NCBI GenBank assembly: GCA_019828565.1 | Contig: JAHDYR010000016.1 | Coordinates: 62,001 to 126,000 of the forward strand | Reading direction: 5' to 3' | Length of the DNA: 64,000 bases | From: Carpediemonas membranifera BICM | Lineage: Eukaryota > Protista > Fornicata | Shown here: positions 20,656-31,531 of the stretch, in pieces | Position numbering within the stretch: the first letter of the stretch is position 1 | Layout: every line of letters starts with the position of its first letter | The notes under the pieces: model-generated | What the model saw: the letters and a program-made list of their open reading frames with translations, nothing else | What the model was told of the DNA's origin: nothing | Databases searched by the model: none | Program-made: the position numbers and the translations under genes

Positions 20656-21837
20656 ATGGAGGGATTAGAGATCGAGCTTTGCTGGCCAGTAGAACTCTCT
20701 GCAGCGCAAATTAATCTCTTAACACAGTGTATCTCAGACGCACTTCATCGTAACAAACTTGTAGCCTATGAATCGCCGCTTATTGCTATAGCTCTTCAGG
20801 AAAAGATCCTCATCGGCCGTATAGAGGAAGGGAGTGTTGTCCAGTTCACTTTAGCCGATCTCCCGCCGTCATCGACCGGCGATGTCTCCGCTCTGAGGTG
20901 GCATCATCGCCGTGACAGCAAAGCTGCTGAGCCGGCCGTGCAGGTCGAGGGCCGCCGCAGACGCCGCCAAGCCGTGATTGACGTTGACTACGATGACTAC
21001 ACACTCTTTGCTGGCTACTCAGGCGGCCACATCGCGATCTTCTCCGCCAGTGGCACCCTGAAGCCGACGAGCCCCATGCGCCTCCACCACTCCCCCGTCA
21101 TCGGTATCAGCTTCAGCAAGTGCTATCGTACTGCTGTCTGCTACCACCAGACGGGCCTTGTCATCCGACTTCACCTCGACTCGGACCCGTCGATGGTCAC
21201 CGAGTACGACAAGTGGATGCCTGGCCGTAATGAGCGTGTCGAGGATTCCATGGCTTTCGGGAGGCAGGACCGGGTGGCAACGGTGGGTATGCGGCCCTCG
21301 CTGTGCGTGTCCGAGCTGGACCCATCAGTCGAAACAGAGTCGGTCGCCTCTCGGATCGGGAGGTCGATGCTGTCATTCGCTAAGAAGCTCATACACGAGG
21401 AGGACGCTTTTAGTCTGCCCGACGGCACTCAACTGGGCCGAAAGAAGAAAGAAGAGGCACAGGGCGTCCGGCCATCGGTCGTTCGCTGGTACAACGACGC
21501 CTTCACCCACATCGCCGGTGCCCACTGCTGGTGTGGCGGCGGGGCAGACACCATCGCTGTGTGGGGCGTGCTCGAGGGCTCTGGGCCGGCGGTCGGTCTC
21601 GCCGATGGGCAGACTGGTGATCTCATAGACCTCCACGAGACCCAGGAGACAGTCGACCTCGCCTTCGCAATCAAGGATACAGTCATCGCGGAGTCATCAG
21701 GCAAAGTGTTCACCGTGCGACACGGCACACGGTCCCTCGTGGAGGGGGCGGCGGGCTTGTTCGCGGTCGACGGGGCAGACGCGTTGCTGCTGAGGGGGAG
21801 CAGTCCGGCTGTGTTGTGGAAGATGAACGTCGGCTGA
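20656..21837 (+). CDS. Rab3GAP non-catalytic subunit N-terminal-domain-like protein
   Basis: YTLFAGYSGGHIAIFSASG..LHHSPVIGI and TVGMRP resemble the RAB3GAP2 N-terminal region (recalled similarity). Confidence 0.45.
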   Translation: MEGLEIELCWPVELSAAQINLLTQCISDALHRNKLVAYESPLIAIALQEKILIGRIEEGSVVQFTLADLPPSSTGDVSALRWHHRRDSKAAEPAVQVEGRRRRRQAVIDVDYDDYTLFAGYSGGHIAIFSASGTLKPTSPMRLHHSPVIGISFSKCYRTAVCYHQTGLVIRLHLDSDPSMVTEYDKWMPGRNERVEDSMAFGRQDRVATVGMRPSLCVSELDPSVETESVASRIGRSMLSFAKKLIHEEDAFSLPDGTQLGRKKKEEAQGVRPSVVRWYNDAFTHIAGAHCWCGGGADTIAVWGVLEGSGPAVGLADGQTGDLIDLHETQETVDLAFAIKDTVIAESSGKVFTVRHGTRSLVEGAAGLFAVDGADALLLRGSSPAVLWKMNVG

Positions 21838-22140
21838 GGGCAGCTTGACGTGCTCTGGGTCTTTCTAAATAGTTATCACGTCTTTCGTCTCCGAAATCAG
21901 CCATAGTCGGGCCAGGGGAGGCATGGGAGTTACCATGCGGGTTGTTGTCAGTGTATAGAGGATGAGGAGATGCAGTGAAGCATCCTAACTTCCCGTGGAG
22001 AGCCTTTCATTCCTCTTTTCTGTGAGTGAAGTATCATAGAGTGCACAGTGCAAGCAGTAAAGTAACTCTCAATCGTCAGCAGACTTCTGTGAGTCAATGT
22101 GCAGTTTAGGACACATCAGAGTCATCAGGCTCCAGAGCTT

Positions 22141-22755
22141 ATGAGCGATCAAAAGTATGCAAACATTGCTTCCGTTAGTTCCTTACATAGAATTGTCCTT
22201 AAAATTGGTATGGTTGGAGACAGCCAGATCGGAAAAACCTCGCTTATGGTGAGATATGTCGAAGGGACTTTCGACGAGGACTATATTCAAACTCTTGGCG
22301 TGAACTTCATGGAGAAGGTCGTGAATGTGAAGAGCAACGAGATCACCTTCTCAATTTGGGATCTTGGAGGCCAGTCGGAATTCATTAACATGCTTCCACT
22401 TGTGTGTAACGAGGCCGTCGCAGTTCTCTTCATGTTCGATCTCAGCCGCAAGGCCACGCTTAATAGTGTTCGCGAGTGGTACAAGCAGGTGCGGGCGCTC
22501 AACAAGAAGGCTGTCCCCATCCTGATTGGGACAAAATACGACCTGTTCGCGGCAATGAGCCCAGAAGACCAGGAAGACATCTGCAAGACTGCCCGGAGAT
22601 ACGCGAAGGCAATGAAGAGTCCGCTTATCTTTAGCTCGACCTCCCATAGCATCAATGTCCAGAAGGTTTTCAAGATCATTCTCAGCAAGGTATTCGACCT
22701 CAAGTGCCCAGTGGCGAAGATCGAGACTGTCGGGGACCCGCTGATCGAGTACTAG
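22141..22755 (+). CDS. SPG1: Spg1/Tem1 septation-initiation/mitotic-exit GTPase; probable frame-preserving 36-nt intron 22155-22190
   Basis: GDSQIGKTSLM, DEDYIQTLGVNFMEK, WDLGGQ, FINMLPLVC, IGTKYD; no CAAX motif. Confidence 0.93.
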   Translation: MSDQKYANIASVSSLHRIVLKIGMVGDSQIGKTSLMVRYVEGTFDEDYIQTLGVNFMEKVVNVKSNEITFSIWDLGGQSEFINMLPLVCNEAVAVLFMFDLSRKATLNSVREWYKQVRALNKKAVPILIGTKYDLFAAMSPEDQEDICKTARRYAKAMKSPLIFSSTSHSINVQKVFKIILSKVFDLKCPVAKIETVGDPLIEY

Positions 22756-22921
22756 TGTAAACACAGTGTAAGCTGGGGGTGGCGGTGATTGGGATGCGGT
22801 GGCGTCATTGCGCAACGTTTGAGTGGTGTTTATGTGCTAATTGGGTTGGATTGAGTTGATTGATACATGAGGAAATGTAACATGTAACAGGATCAATCCT
22901 CCTGACACAGCCTTGTCTCTT

Positions 22922-25900
22922 ATGGCTGAACCAGGCGCTGGAACCAAGCGCGTGGGCCAATATGTTGGCCAAAGCAAGCGTATTGACCACATCGCGCTTC
23001 TGAAGAAGAAGAACATCCTTGTGCGCTTTGATCTGTTCATCTTCCTCCTGACCTACGCTGCAATGGCATATTTCTTCGTCGTCCTCCTCATGGACGGCCT
23101 TGAGCACCGTCTCTCGCCTGATGATCTCCTTGCCCTCCTCGCTAAAGAGGAGACGGATGCAGTGGAGGTGGATGCTGGCGTCTCGTTCGAAGCAGCCGAC
23201 GACGACCTTCTCCTCGACCGGTCCGTCGGCCCTACACAGCTTCTAGTCCTGGACCCGGCCTTCCACAAGCTCTTCATGTTCATCATCGGCTCCGTCATTA
23301 TCGTGGCCATCCACACATGCATCCTCCTCTTGGAGTATTGGAACCTCAACGTCCGCAGACGCATGGTGTTCACTCAGTGCTCCATGGATAAGGCCACGCA
23401 CGTCTTCCTCAAACCCAGTGCCACTAACGGCAACACGTGCATCATCCCCTTCGACTCGACCAAGTCTGCCTTTGAGTGGAAACGACGCATATTTACCTAC
23501 TCCAAGAAGAAGGACGCCTTCGTCAAGCGAGCCTACCCCACCGGCAAGCATATCAGCGAGTATGCCTCGTCCATGACCACCGGGCTGACCCGGAAGCAGG
23601 TTAAGGACGGCCAGACCAGGTACGGCGGCAACACCCTCGATATACCCCTCCCCACGTTCGCTGAGCTGTACAAGGAGCACGCGGTCGCCCCGTTCTTCGT
23701 GTTCCAGATCTTCTGCTGCCTTCTCTGGATTATGGACGACTACGGCGTCTTCTCCTTCTTCACGCTCGCCATGCTTGTCGGTATGGAGGGCGTCACCGTG
23801 ATGCAGCGGATCAAGACCATGCGGGAGATCCGCACCATGGTCCCCAGTCCCATACAGGTCTTCGTCAAGAGGGAAGGCGTCTGGTCGTCGGTCCCCTCTG
23901 ACAAGCTCGTCCCCGGTGACATCGTCTCGGTCGCCGCGCGGTCGAAGCCGGTCACACGCAGGGCGAGCAAGAAGGCAGGTAAGACGGAGAAGACCATCGT
24001 CTTCGCTGACATCCTTGCACTCGACGGCACGGCCGTACTGGACGAGGCTTCCCTCACGGGCGAGTCCATCCCCCAGCTCAGAGAGCCTTGGCGTGGCGAT
24101 GAGACCCTCGACTCCCTCAAGAAGTTCAAGACGAGCGTCCTTTTCGCCGGTACGAACGTCATGCAGGTCGAGTCCGCCTCAGACCCTGCCCCGGACCGCG
24201 GCATGGTGGGTTACGTCCTTAGGACTGGGTTCGAAACGGCCCAGGGCAAGCTGGTGCGGGCCATCGGTTGGGACACTGACCGGTTGACCGGTAACTTCTG
24301 GGACAGCCTCATATTCATCACGGCGTTGCTCATCGTTGCCATTATCGCCGCTGTGTACACTTTCCGGAGAGGCATGGAGGGTAAGGTGGCTTCGAGCCCA
24401 AAACTGCTCCTGACTTCTCTTCTGATCATAACATCGGTTGTCCCGCCCGACCTGCCGATGCAGCTGGCCCTCGCTGTCAACACCGCCATGTCTGGCCTGC
24501 GGAAGAAGGGCATATACTGCACGGAGTCGTTCAGAATCCCGCTGGCCGGTGCACTCACCGCCGCATGCTTCGACAAGACGGGGACCATCACGACCGACAC
24601 GCTCGAGCTCGTCGGCGTTGTCACTGAGCCCAACACGCGCGTCATCAAGCCCGTCGACACGCTGCCCCAGTCATCCCCTGCCCGCACCGTCCTGGCCGGC
24701 TGCCACACTCTGTTCAGGGCCGACGGGGAGCTCAACGGCGACCCTATGGAGGTTGCCGCGTTCAAGGCGATGAAGGGCACGCTGTCTGGAGCCGTCGCGA
24801 CCATCGGGAAGACCCGCGTCGAGGTACAGCACCGTTTCCAGTTCAACTCCACGCTGAAGCGGATGACCGTAGGGGCCAGGGTCGATAATCAGCAGATGAC
24901 GCTCACCAAGGGCGCCCCTGAGGTCCTCAAGACCTTGTTCAGGAAGATCCCCTCCGGCTACGACGATGCTGTCCGTGCTCTTGCATCTGAGGGCTTCCGA
25001 GTCATCGCCCTCGCTCACTCATCGGGCAAAGTCGACAAGAACAAGGAGCGCGCGGCCGTCGAGAAGGACCTCGTGTTCGCCGGACTCGCCCTGTTCAGAG
25101 CCCCGGTGCGCCCCGAGGCCGCCGAGATGGTGCGGCAGCTGACCGGTTCGTGCCATAAGGTCATCCTCATCACCGGCGACAACCTGCTGACCTGTCTTAG
25201 CGTCGCGGGTGAGGTTGGGCTCACTGGAAAGCCCGTTCTGACCCTGACTGCTGTCTCTGAGTCATTTGCGTCGTTCGTGGATGAGTATGGCGCCGTCCTC
25301 GAGGTCACTGCAGGCACGGTGAAGAAATTCGCACAAGAGTACATCTTTGCAGCTGAGGGCGCCATTGTCGGCGAGCTCCTGGCATCCCCCGCCGCCCTCC
25401 GCACCGCCATAGTCCCCCGCATCACCGCCTTCGCGCGGACATCGCCTGACAACAAGGCCAGCATCATAGCGACGCTCCAGGAGGCCGGCCACTCCACCCT
25501 CATGACCGGTGATGGCACGAACGACGTCGGTGCCCTCAAGCGTGCTGACGTCGGCGTGGCCATTGTCAACAAGCACATGACTGAGGCCGCGCTCGAGGAC
25601 GCCCGCAAGAAGAAGGCGGTGCTCGATGAGCGGATGAAGAACGCCCCTGCATTCCTGGCCAAGCGGCTCGAGGCGATGCAGCAGGCCACGGAGGACATGG
25701 CCGGCGAGGTTCAGCTCGGTGACGCATCAATCGCTGCCCCGTTCACCCTCCGTCGCGGCGGCCTCACCGCAGTTCTCGAGGTCTGTCGCCAGGGTCGGGC
25801 CACGCTGATGCTCACGGTGATGATGTACAAGACCCTCGCTCTCGAGTGCCTCGTGCAGGCGTACTCGCTCTCTGTCCTGACACTCGACGGGGTCCGCTTC

Positions 25901-26464
25901 TCCACGCCCCAGATGATCGCCAAGCAGTTCTTCCAGACGGCATTGATGATGAGCCAGACCAAGATTGAGCCCCTGCAGACACTCTCACCGCGTCGTGCCC
26001 CCCGCAGGGCTGTAACCCTCCCCACAGTCGTCAGCACGGTGGGCCAAGGCGCCGTCCACATGGGCGTCATGTTCCTGAGCGCCAGGTTTGCCCGGGCGTA
26101 TGTGGGACCGCCGAAGACCTTTGCCCTGGACCACGAGTTCGAGCCCGGCCTCGTGAATACGGTGGTGTTCCTGTCGGATTGCGTCATTTCAGTGAGCACC
26201 GCCTTCTCGAACTATGTCGGCAACCCGTTCATGGTAAGTTTGTGGAAGAATAAGAAAGTCCGTAACATCCTGTTGGCCGCTGCCTTTGGTCTTTTCATTC
26301 TTATCAGCCAGAGTCAGCCTGAGTTGAACAAGCTGCTCGAGATGGTCGAGATACCGGAAGCCCTCATCAGCAAGCTCACCGTGCTGTACGTTGCTGATGT
26401 TATCATCACCAAGAGCCTGGATGTCGCGTGCTCGAGGTTTTTGGGTAGCAAGATGGATGAGTAA
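22922..26464 (+). CDS. ATP13A1: P5A-type ATPase (Spf1/ATP13A1)
   Basis: EHAVAPFFVFQIFC, LTGES, VVPPDLPMQL, DKTGT, GDGTNDVGALK, LGDASIAAPFT. Confidence 0.95.
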   Translation: MAEPGAGTKRVGQYVGQSKRIDHIALLKKKNILVRFDLFIFLLTYAAMAYFFVVLLMDGLEHRLSPDDLLALLAKEETDAVEVDAGVSFEAADDDLLLDRSVGPTQLLVLDPAFHKLFMFIIGSVIIVAIHTCILLLEYWNLNVRRRMVFTQCSMDKATHVFLKPSATNGNTCIIPFDSTKSAFEWKRRIFTYSKKKDAFVKRAYPTGKHISEYASSMTTGLTRKQVKDGQTRYGGNTLDIPLPTFAELYKEHAVAPFFVFQIFCCLLWIMDDYGVFSFFTLAMLVGMEGVTVMQRIKTMREIRTMVPSPIQVFVKREGVWSSVPSDKLVPGDIVSVAARSKPVTRRASKKAGKTEKTIVFADILALDGTAVLDEASLTGESIPQLREPWRGDETLDSLKKFKTSVLFAGTNVMQVESASDPAPDRGMVGYVLRTGFETAQGKLVRAIGWDTDRLTGNFWDSLIFITALLIVAIIAAVYTFRRGMEGKVASSPKLLLTSLLIITSVVPPDLPMQLALAVNTAMSGLRKKGIYCTESFRIPLAGALTAACFDKTGTITTDTLELVGVVTEPNTRVIKPVDTLPQSSPARTVLAGCHTLFRADGELNGDPMEVAAFKAMKGTLSGAVATIGKTRVEVQHRFQFNSTLKRMTVGARVDNQQMTLTKGAPEVLKTLFRKIPSGYDDAVRALASEGFRVIALAHSSGKVDKNKERAAVEKDLVFAGLALFRAPVRPEAAEMVRQLTGSCHKVILITGDNLLTCLSVAGEVGLTGKPVLTLTAVSESFASFVDEYGAVLEVTAGTVKKFAQEYIFAAEGAIVGELLASPAALRTAIVPRITAFARTSPDNKASIIATLQEAGHSTLMTGDGTNDVGALKRADVGVAIVNKHMTEAALEDARKKKAVLDERMKNAPAFLAKRLEAMQQATEDMAGEVQLGDASIAAPFTLRRGGLTAVLEVCRQGRATLMLTVMMYKTLALECLVQAYSLSVLTLDGVRFSTPQMIAKQFFQTALMMSQTKIEPLQTLSPRRAPRRAVTLPTVVSTVGQGAVHMGVMFLSARFARAYVGPPKTFALDHEFEPGLVNTVVFLSDCVISVSTAFSNYVGNPFMVSLWKNKKVRNILLAAAFGLFILISQSQPELNKLLEMVEIPEALISKLTVLYVADVIITKSLDVACSRFLGSKMDE

Positions 26465-26719
26465 AGTTTGTTTCGTGCAAGTGGTATCAGGCAGTCAGTG
26501 ACAAGGGCAGTCTTGGGATGGCGTGGTCGCGATCACCCAGTCTCTGGCATCCGCGACTGAGGAGAATTTGATCGAGATTGAGTCATCCCCATCCCTGCTT
26601 CACCCAATCGTCTCATCTGTGCCGTTACCGCTGAGCCAAGAGGGCCCAGCTGATCCAGCTGGAAGCTACACAGGGAGCCTAACCGTCCAAGGTTCACCCA
26701 GGTTCACGATTCCGGAAGT

Positions 26720-27910
26720 TTATGATAGAGGGATCGTGTTGATGTCGACTGGGATGATGCGTTTCAACGACCATCTGGGCGCCTCGCACCCGACCATCTC
26801 ATCCGCCCCATCTGACACTCTTGCCACCCTAAACCACTGGCCGGTGGGGTCGCGGGCTGAGGGAACAATTCTTGCCCCGATGAATGTCGTGCCATTGCCA
26901 GTTGCCTCAAAGGGAATCCTGCAGAGGTTGTTGTTGTCACACAGATATGTCTGGCCCTCGGTCACCCAGACTATCTGGTCCAAGTCACAGAAGAACCCCT
27001 TGACTCGCTCTGGGAACCGGAGCGGGGTGGGTGTGAGGCACTTGTCGCTCTTGTTGTGCTCAGGTAGCAAGCCCGAAAGAGCAATACTAGAGGAAACTCG
27101 GCCGGCGAAGAGAAGCTGGCGGCCGCTGAGGAAGATGATAAAGATATCTACAGAGAGGTCATGATCCGGTCGACCCTGACGGGCAGGTCGACGAAGCCAC
27201 TCATCTCATTATCGTGCCCGAGTCCCAGCTGGCCATATTCTCCTCTCCTCCTCGAGGGCCCTTGGGTGTCCTGGCGATGTGGGTGAACTTGCTGATGTAG
27301 ACCTCGAGGGCCCTGGGCATTCTGGCTCTACTGAGAGTGCTATGATAGTAAGTGTCGAGCATGAAGAGTCGGCCCATGTACATGCGGTGGTGGTAGCATC
27401 TATCGTACAAAGTGAGCTGATAGCTCTCGCCATCCTTATCGGCGACGTTCCAGGTGAAGAAGAACTTGCGGCAGAGGAACCAGAGGCACTTGGCCTCGGG
27501 GGTGAGAGCCTTGCGGATCTTGTTTTGCATCTCGTTCCAGTGCCCTGGTTCAGCGTGTGCAGCGCGGCCGGGAGCTCCTCTCCATCCGCGAGCTCGGCGT
27601 TCATGGACATCGGGGGGCCGCTGGTGAGGATCGAGCAGGCGCGGTCGAGGAGGGCTTGCGCGGATGGTTGGAGAGGGGGGAGCTTGGAGAGCGTGGCAAG
27701 CAGGGATTCGATAGACGCGGCGCTTGTCGGTGCAGAAGTGCTTTCTACATTGTTGATTGAGGTCATTTGCTCGCCAAAGTGCCTTGAGTAGACGTGCTGG
27801 AGCAAGGAGGGGATGTCCCCGGGGATGGAGGCGGTGACGGCAACTGAAAGACGGAAAGCGGAGATAAGCGCCTCTTTCACAGCGACTGGCGCGGAATCAG
27901 CGCTGCTCAT
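26720..27910 (-). pseudogene. Frame-broken RCC1-repeat-like gene
   Basis: Four coding-like pieces separated by frame breaks; hidden piece 27240-27148 reads EYGQLGLGHDNEMSGFVDLPVRVDRIMTSL*. Confidence 0.55.
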
Positions 27911-28343
27911 CGCTTTCAGCGGTCTGTTCGGTTTGGTGGTCAATAGTGTGACGACTCGCCGACCGCCAGCCGCGAAGTCGAGGTGGAGCTACCTTCACAT
28001 ACTGCCGAAGTATGCCCTCTTCACTCAGCCCACCGGCTGTTTACGAAGATCAGCCAGTCTCTCCCACTCGTCCACTGCCAAGGAGCACTGTCTGTGGCAT
28101 GCTCATCGACGTAACTGCCCCGGTACACGGGTTCTACTGCCCGGGTCTACCCGCAAAAGACACTCCCGGTCTCAGCTGCACACGGCATCGAAACCCTGAC
28201 TGATTCGTGAAAAACTCACTCTGGGCCAAGACACTGACGCTATGATGGATGGCCCGGCAAGGGGTGGAATGGAACGAATGCGTGGTTCATGCTGACCGAT
28301 CAGATCGAGCATTTGATGACGCAGCGACGATCGGCACACCAAG

Positions 28344-29963
28344 ATGCAGGTGGGGAAACGATTCATATTTGGAACAGACATCGGAACTATACGGTACATT
28401 GGGCCAATCAAGTCCGCTAAAGCTGCTGATGTTGATTATGTGGGCGTAGAATGGGACGAAGACTCCAAGCGGAAGACCACGTACGATGGAAGCTTCGACG
28501 GCGACAGATACTTCACTTGTGATCCGAAACGTGGCTCATTCTTCAAGAGGAGCGCTGTAGAGGGGAAATTCGCCTTTGCCACCCCGTTTTTCGCCGAGAT
28601 CCAGGACAGGTACGAGAAAAACACGCTCACAGACGCCGACAGGGAGGGTATGTTCCTCAACACAGGCAACAGGACCATCCAGATCGAGTTTGTGGGCGAG
28701 GAGAAGATCAGTGCCCGCCAGTCGATGACGGAGCACATCACGGACTTCTGTCTCAAGGAGTCTGCCCTCGGCCGCCCCTACCCTGCAGACATCGCTGAGG
28801 CCGACATCTCGGCCCACATCTCTGCGGTTCAGGCCAAGACGGCGTCCCTGGTGAGCCTGGACATCTCCCGCTGCCTGCTGACGTCCTGGGCCGACCTGGG
28901 CAGTATCCTCGCCATGTGCCCTGCGGTGGAGACCGTGCGGGTCGACGGCAACCATATGGGCCCTGTGGCAGAGGGTGACCCGGCCCTCATCGCCCAGGCC
29001 GCCCCTAAACTGCGGGAGCTGTTCGCCTCGAACTGCGGGCTGAGGGGCGAGGATATCGCTCGGCTAGCCGCGGTACCAGGCCTGAGGGCGCTCCATGTCG
29101 CTGAGAACTCCCTGGGCACGGTCACTGCCCCGCCCTCGTCCCTCAGCCTGGTCCGGCTCGGGCTCGAGCGGTGCGGCGTCGACTCATGGGCGACTGTGCA
29201 GGATATGACCAAGGGCCTGACAATACTGGACTCTCTTGCACTCGAGGGCAACCCGCTGGGGGACCACCAGTTCACGGGGGAGTCGTTCCCGCAGTCACTC
29301 CGGCACATCACAGTTTCCGGCACCGCCATCAACTCCTGGACGACTCTGGAGTCGATGGGGCAGACTTCCGTTGACTCTCTCCGGACCGGGGCGGAGCAGG
29401 TGGAGACCGACGTCAGGCCGGTCGCCGTGCTCGAGGGTCTGACCGCCCACAAGGCGCGGCTGCTGTGCATCGCCCGGCTCGGATGGCTGAGGCTCCTCAA
29501 CGGGGCGCCGGTCAACCAGCTGGAGCGGCAGGATGCGGAGAGGTCGTACGTGCGGTCCGTCGTCCAGTCCATGCCGGGGTCGACCCTCGCCGAGATCGAG
29601 GCCGCCCACCCCATGGTCCCAGTACTCATCGACCGCCACGAGATGCGGCCTGAGTTCCCGGCACTATTCGGCAAGGCCGCCAAGACTACTGTCCTGGTGC
29701 ACTTTAAGGTCATGTCTGGAGACGACGAGATTTTCGCCGAGGACCGCGATGTTCCCCTCAGCATCACCGTGTCTGAGCTCCTCAAGCTGGTTCCAATCCC
29801 AGCCGGTCATGCGGCGGTGCGAGACAGGGCTGCGTGGGTCGACCCTGCGAGCGGGCGGACGGAGGAGCTGACGAAGGAGCTGCTGCTGGTGAGGGACATC
29901 GGGCTGGACGACGGCTACGAGGTCCGTATTCCTGTGACTGCCGTCAAGCGGCGACGGAGGTAG
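28344..29963 (+). CDS. TBCE: Tubulin-folding cofactor E (CAP-Gly + LRR + ubiquitin-like)
   Basis: GTIRYIG..GVEWD..YDGSFDGDRYFTC CAP-Gly domain, LRRs, ERQDAERSY. Confidence 0.88.
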   Translation: MQVGKRFIFGTDIGTIRYIGPIKSAKAADVDYVGVEWDEDSKRKTTYDGSFDGDRYFTCDPKRGSFFKRSAVEGKFAFATPFFAEIQDRYEKNTLTDADREGMFLNTGNRTIQIEFVGEEKISARQSMTEHITDFCLKESALGRPYPADIAEADISAHISAVQAKTASLVSLDISRCLLTSWADLGSILAMCPAVETVRVDGNHMGPVAEGDPALIAQAAPKLRELFASNCGLRGEDIARLAAVPGLRALHVAENSLGTVTAPPSSLSLVRLGLERCGVDSWATVQDMTKGLTILDSLALEGNPLGDHQFTGESFPQSLRHITVSGTAINSWTTLESMGQTSVDSLRTGAEQVETDVRPVAVLEGLTAHKARLLCIARLGWLRLLNGAPVNQLERQDAERSYVRSVVQSMPGSTLAEIEAAHPMVPVLIDRHEMRPEFPALFGKAAKTTVLVHFKVMSGDDEIFAEDRDVPLSITVSELLKLVPIPAGHAAVRDRAAWVDPASGRTEELTKELLLVRDIGLDDGYEVRIPVTAVKRRRR

Positions 29964-30127
29964 TCATCAGGGTGTGTGGTGATGAAGGTGCAGTGTGAAA
30001 TGACAGACGAGCTTATACCGGCAGTAGCGCGGTCTCTGGCCGATTTACGTTATCATAAATCAGTTTTTGGTCATTCACGTTTTGGCGCAGTATTCGTTCT
30101 TCCGCGCCCACACTAAAGAACGCAAAC

Positions 30128-30754
30128 ATGGACTTCGGAGGATCAATAACGCTCGTATTCGGGCCAATGTTCAGTGGAAAGACGACAGAGCTGATGAGAT
30201 TGTGCGATAGGCAGCAACTAGCTGGACGAAAGGTCCTCGTCATCAAGTACTCCAAGGATACGCGCTACACAGCAAACGATGAGATATCAACACATGTAGG
30301 GCACACGTTGTCGGCGATTCCGACGGACAAGCTGTTCTCAGTCTCCGATGCAGCCCTTGACGCCGAGGTCATCGGCATCGACGAGGGCCAGTTCTTCCCC
30401 GACATTGTCCAGTTCGCAGACGACATGGCCAACGCCGGCAAACACGTCATCGTGGCCGCGCTGGACGGTACCTTCCGCCGCGACCCCTTCCCGTCGCGTG
30501 TGATTGACCTTCTTCCCCGGGCTGAGCATGTCACGAAGCTCAGCGCCGTCTGCCACATCTGCGGGAGGAACGCGCCCTTCTCCAGACGTATCACGGCAGA
30601 CACCGACGTCGAGGTGATTGGCGGTGCGGACATGTACGTCGCCGTCTGCCGCCGCTGCTTCCACGCGGACGTCGCCGAGAGCTTCAAGGTCGACCCCAAG
30701 AGCAGGAGTCCGGTGAGGAACATGACTGTCCCGGAACCCCCCAGGTCGTGGTGA
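30128..30754 (+). CDS. TK1: Thymidine kinase, TK1 family
   Basis: GPMFSGKTTEL, IGIDEGQFF, ALDGTF, CxxC zinc pairs, VIGGADMY. Confidence 0.97.
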   Translation: MDFGGSITLVFGPMFSGKTTELMRLCDRQQLAGRKVLVIKYSKDTRYTANDEISTHVGHTLSAIPTDKLFSVSDAALDAEVIGIDEGQFFPDIVQFADDMANAGKHVIVAALDGTFRRDPFPSRVIDLLPRAEHVTKLSAVCHICGRNAPFSRRITADTDVEVIGGADMYVAVCRRCFHADVAESFKVDPKSRSPVRNMTVPEPPRSW

Positions 30755-30910
30755 GACGAGTAGCGAGACTCCGTTGCACGTGGTCTCCGTGATAAAGTTG
30801 AAGAAGTGTTGGTATAGAGGGGCGCATGGTGAGAGAGGGGGCATTCGATCGCAAGGATAGCCGGGCCAGGGGCGACTGCAGCGAGTCGGATATTTCGGTG
30901 ATTTTCGGCG

Positions 30911-31531
30911 ATGGCCACTGCGCAAGCAACGAAGAGCTGCATAACACTTCAGGGATCAGCTCAGATCGTGTCTGAGTATCTTGAATGCGCTGTTGAGAAC
31001 ATTCTTTTCCTTCGAGGTGTTTTCCCTGACGATTATTTCACAAGGAAGCGCTTGTACGAGCTCAACGTCGTTACAGCCTCCGATGAGTCACTCAAGAAGT
31101 ATCTGAAGGCCAATCTCGCCACCATCTCCTCGTGGATCGAGAGCAACAAGGTCGAGCGTCTTGTTCTCGTCCTCGCGAACTCGACCAACGACGAAACGAT
31201 CGAACGCTGGGAGTTCGACATCAAGACAGACGCCCAGGCAGAGGATGACGAGGATGCTACATCTGACAAACCACTGAAGGAGATCCAGAAGGAGATCCAG
31301 GCAGTCGTCCGCCAGATCACGACCTCGTCGACGTTCCTGCCGATCATTGAGGTGCCGTGCAGCTTTGACATCATCCTCCACACCAAGCAGGGCCTCGAGA
31401 TGGGCAACGAGTGGGAGATCAGCGCCCCCAAGACCATTGACGGTGCAGTCGAGGTCAAGTTCAAGAGCTTCGACACCAAGCTCCACAGGGTGGAGACCGG
31501 CGTGTGCTACAAGCCCTCGGAAGACTTGTAG
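30911..31531 (+). CDS. MAD2: Spindle checkpoint HORMA protein Mad2
   Basis: ITLQGSAQIVSEY, ILFLRGVFP, ERWEFDI, EIQAVVRQIT, FLP, SFD. Confidence 0.93.
   Translation: MATAQATKSCITLQGSAQIVSEYLECAVENILFLRGVFPDDYFTRKRLYELNVVTASDESLKKYLKANLATISSWIESNKVERLVLVLANSTNDETIERWEFDIKTDAQAEDDEDATSDKPLKEIQKEIQAVVRQITTSSTFLPIIEVPCSFDIILHTKQGLEMGNEWEISAPKTIDGAVEVKFKSFDTKLHRVETGVCYKPSEDL

Noticed and set aside
26523-27164. 213-aa plus-strand ORF
   Set aside because: GTG start, no motifs, and antisense to the better supported RCC1-like fragments
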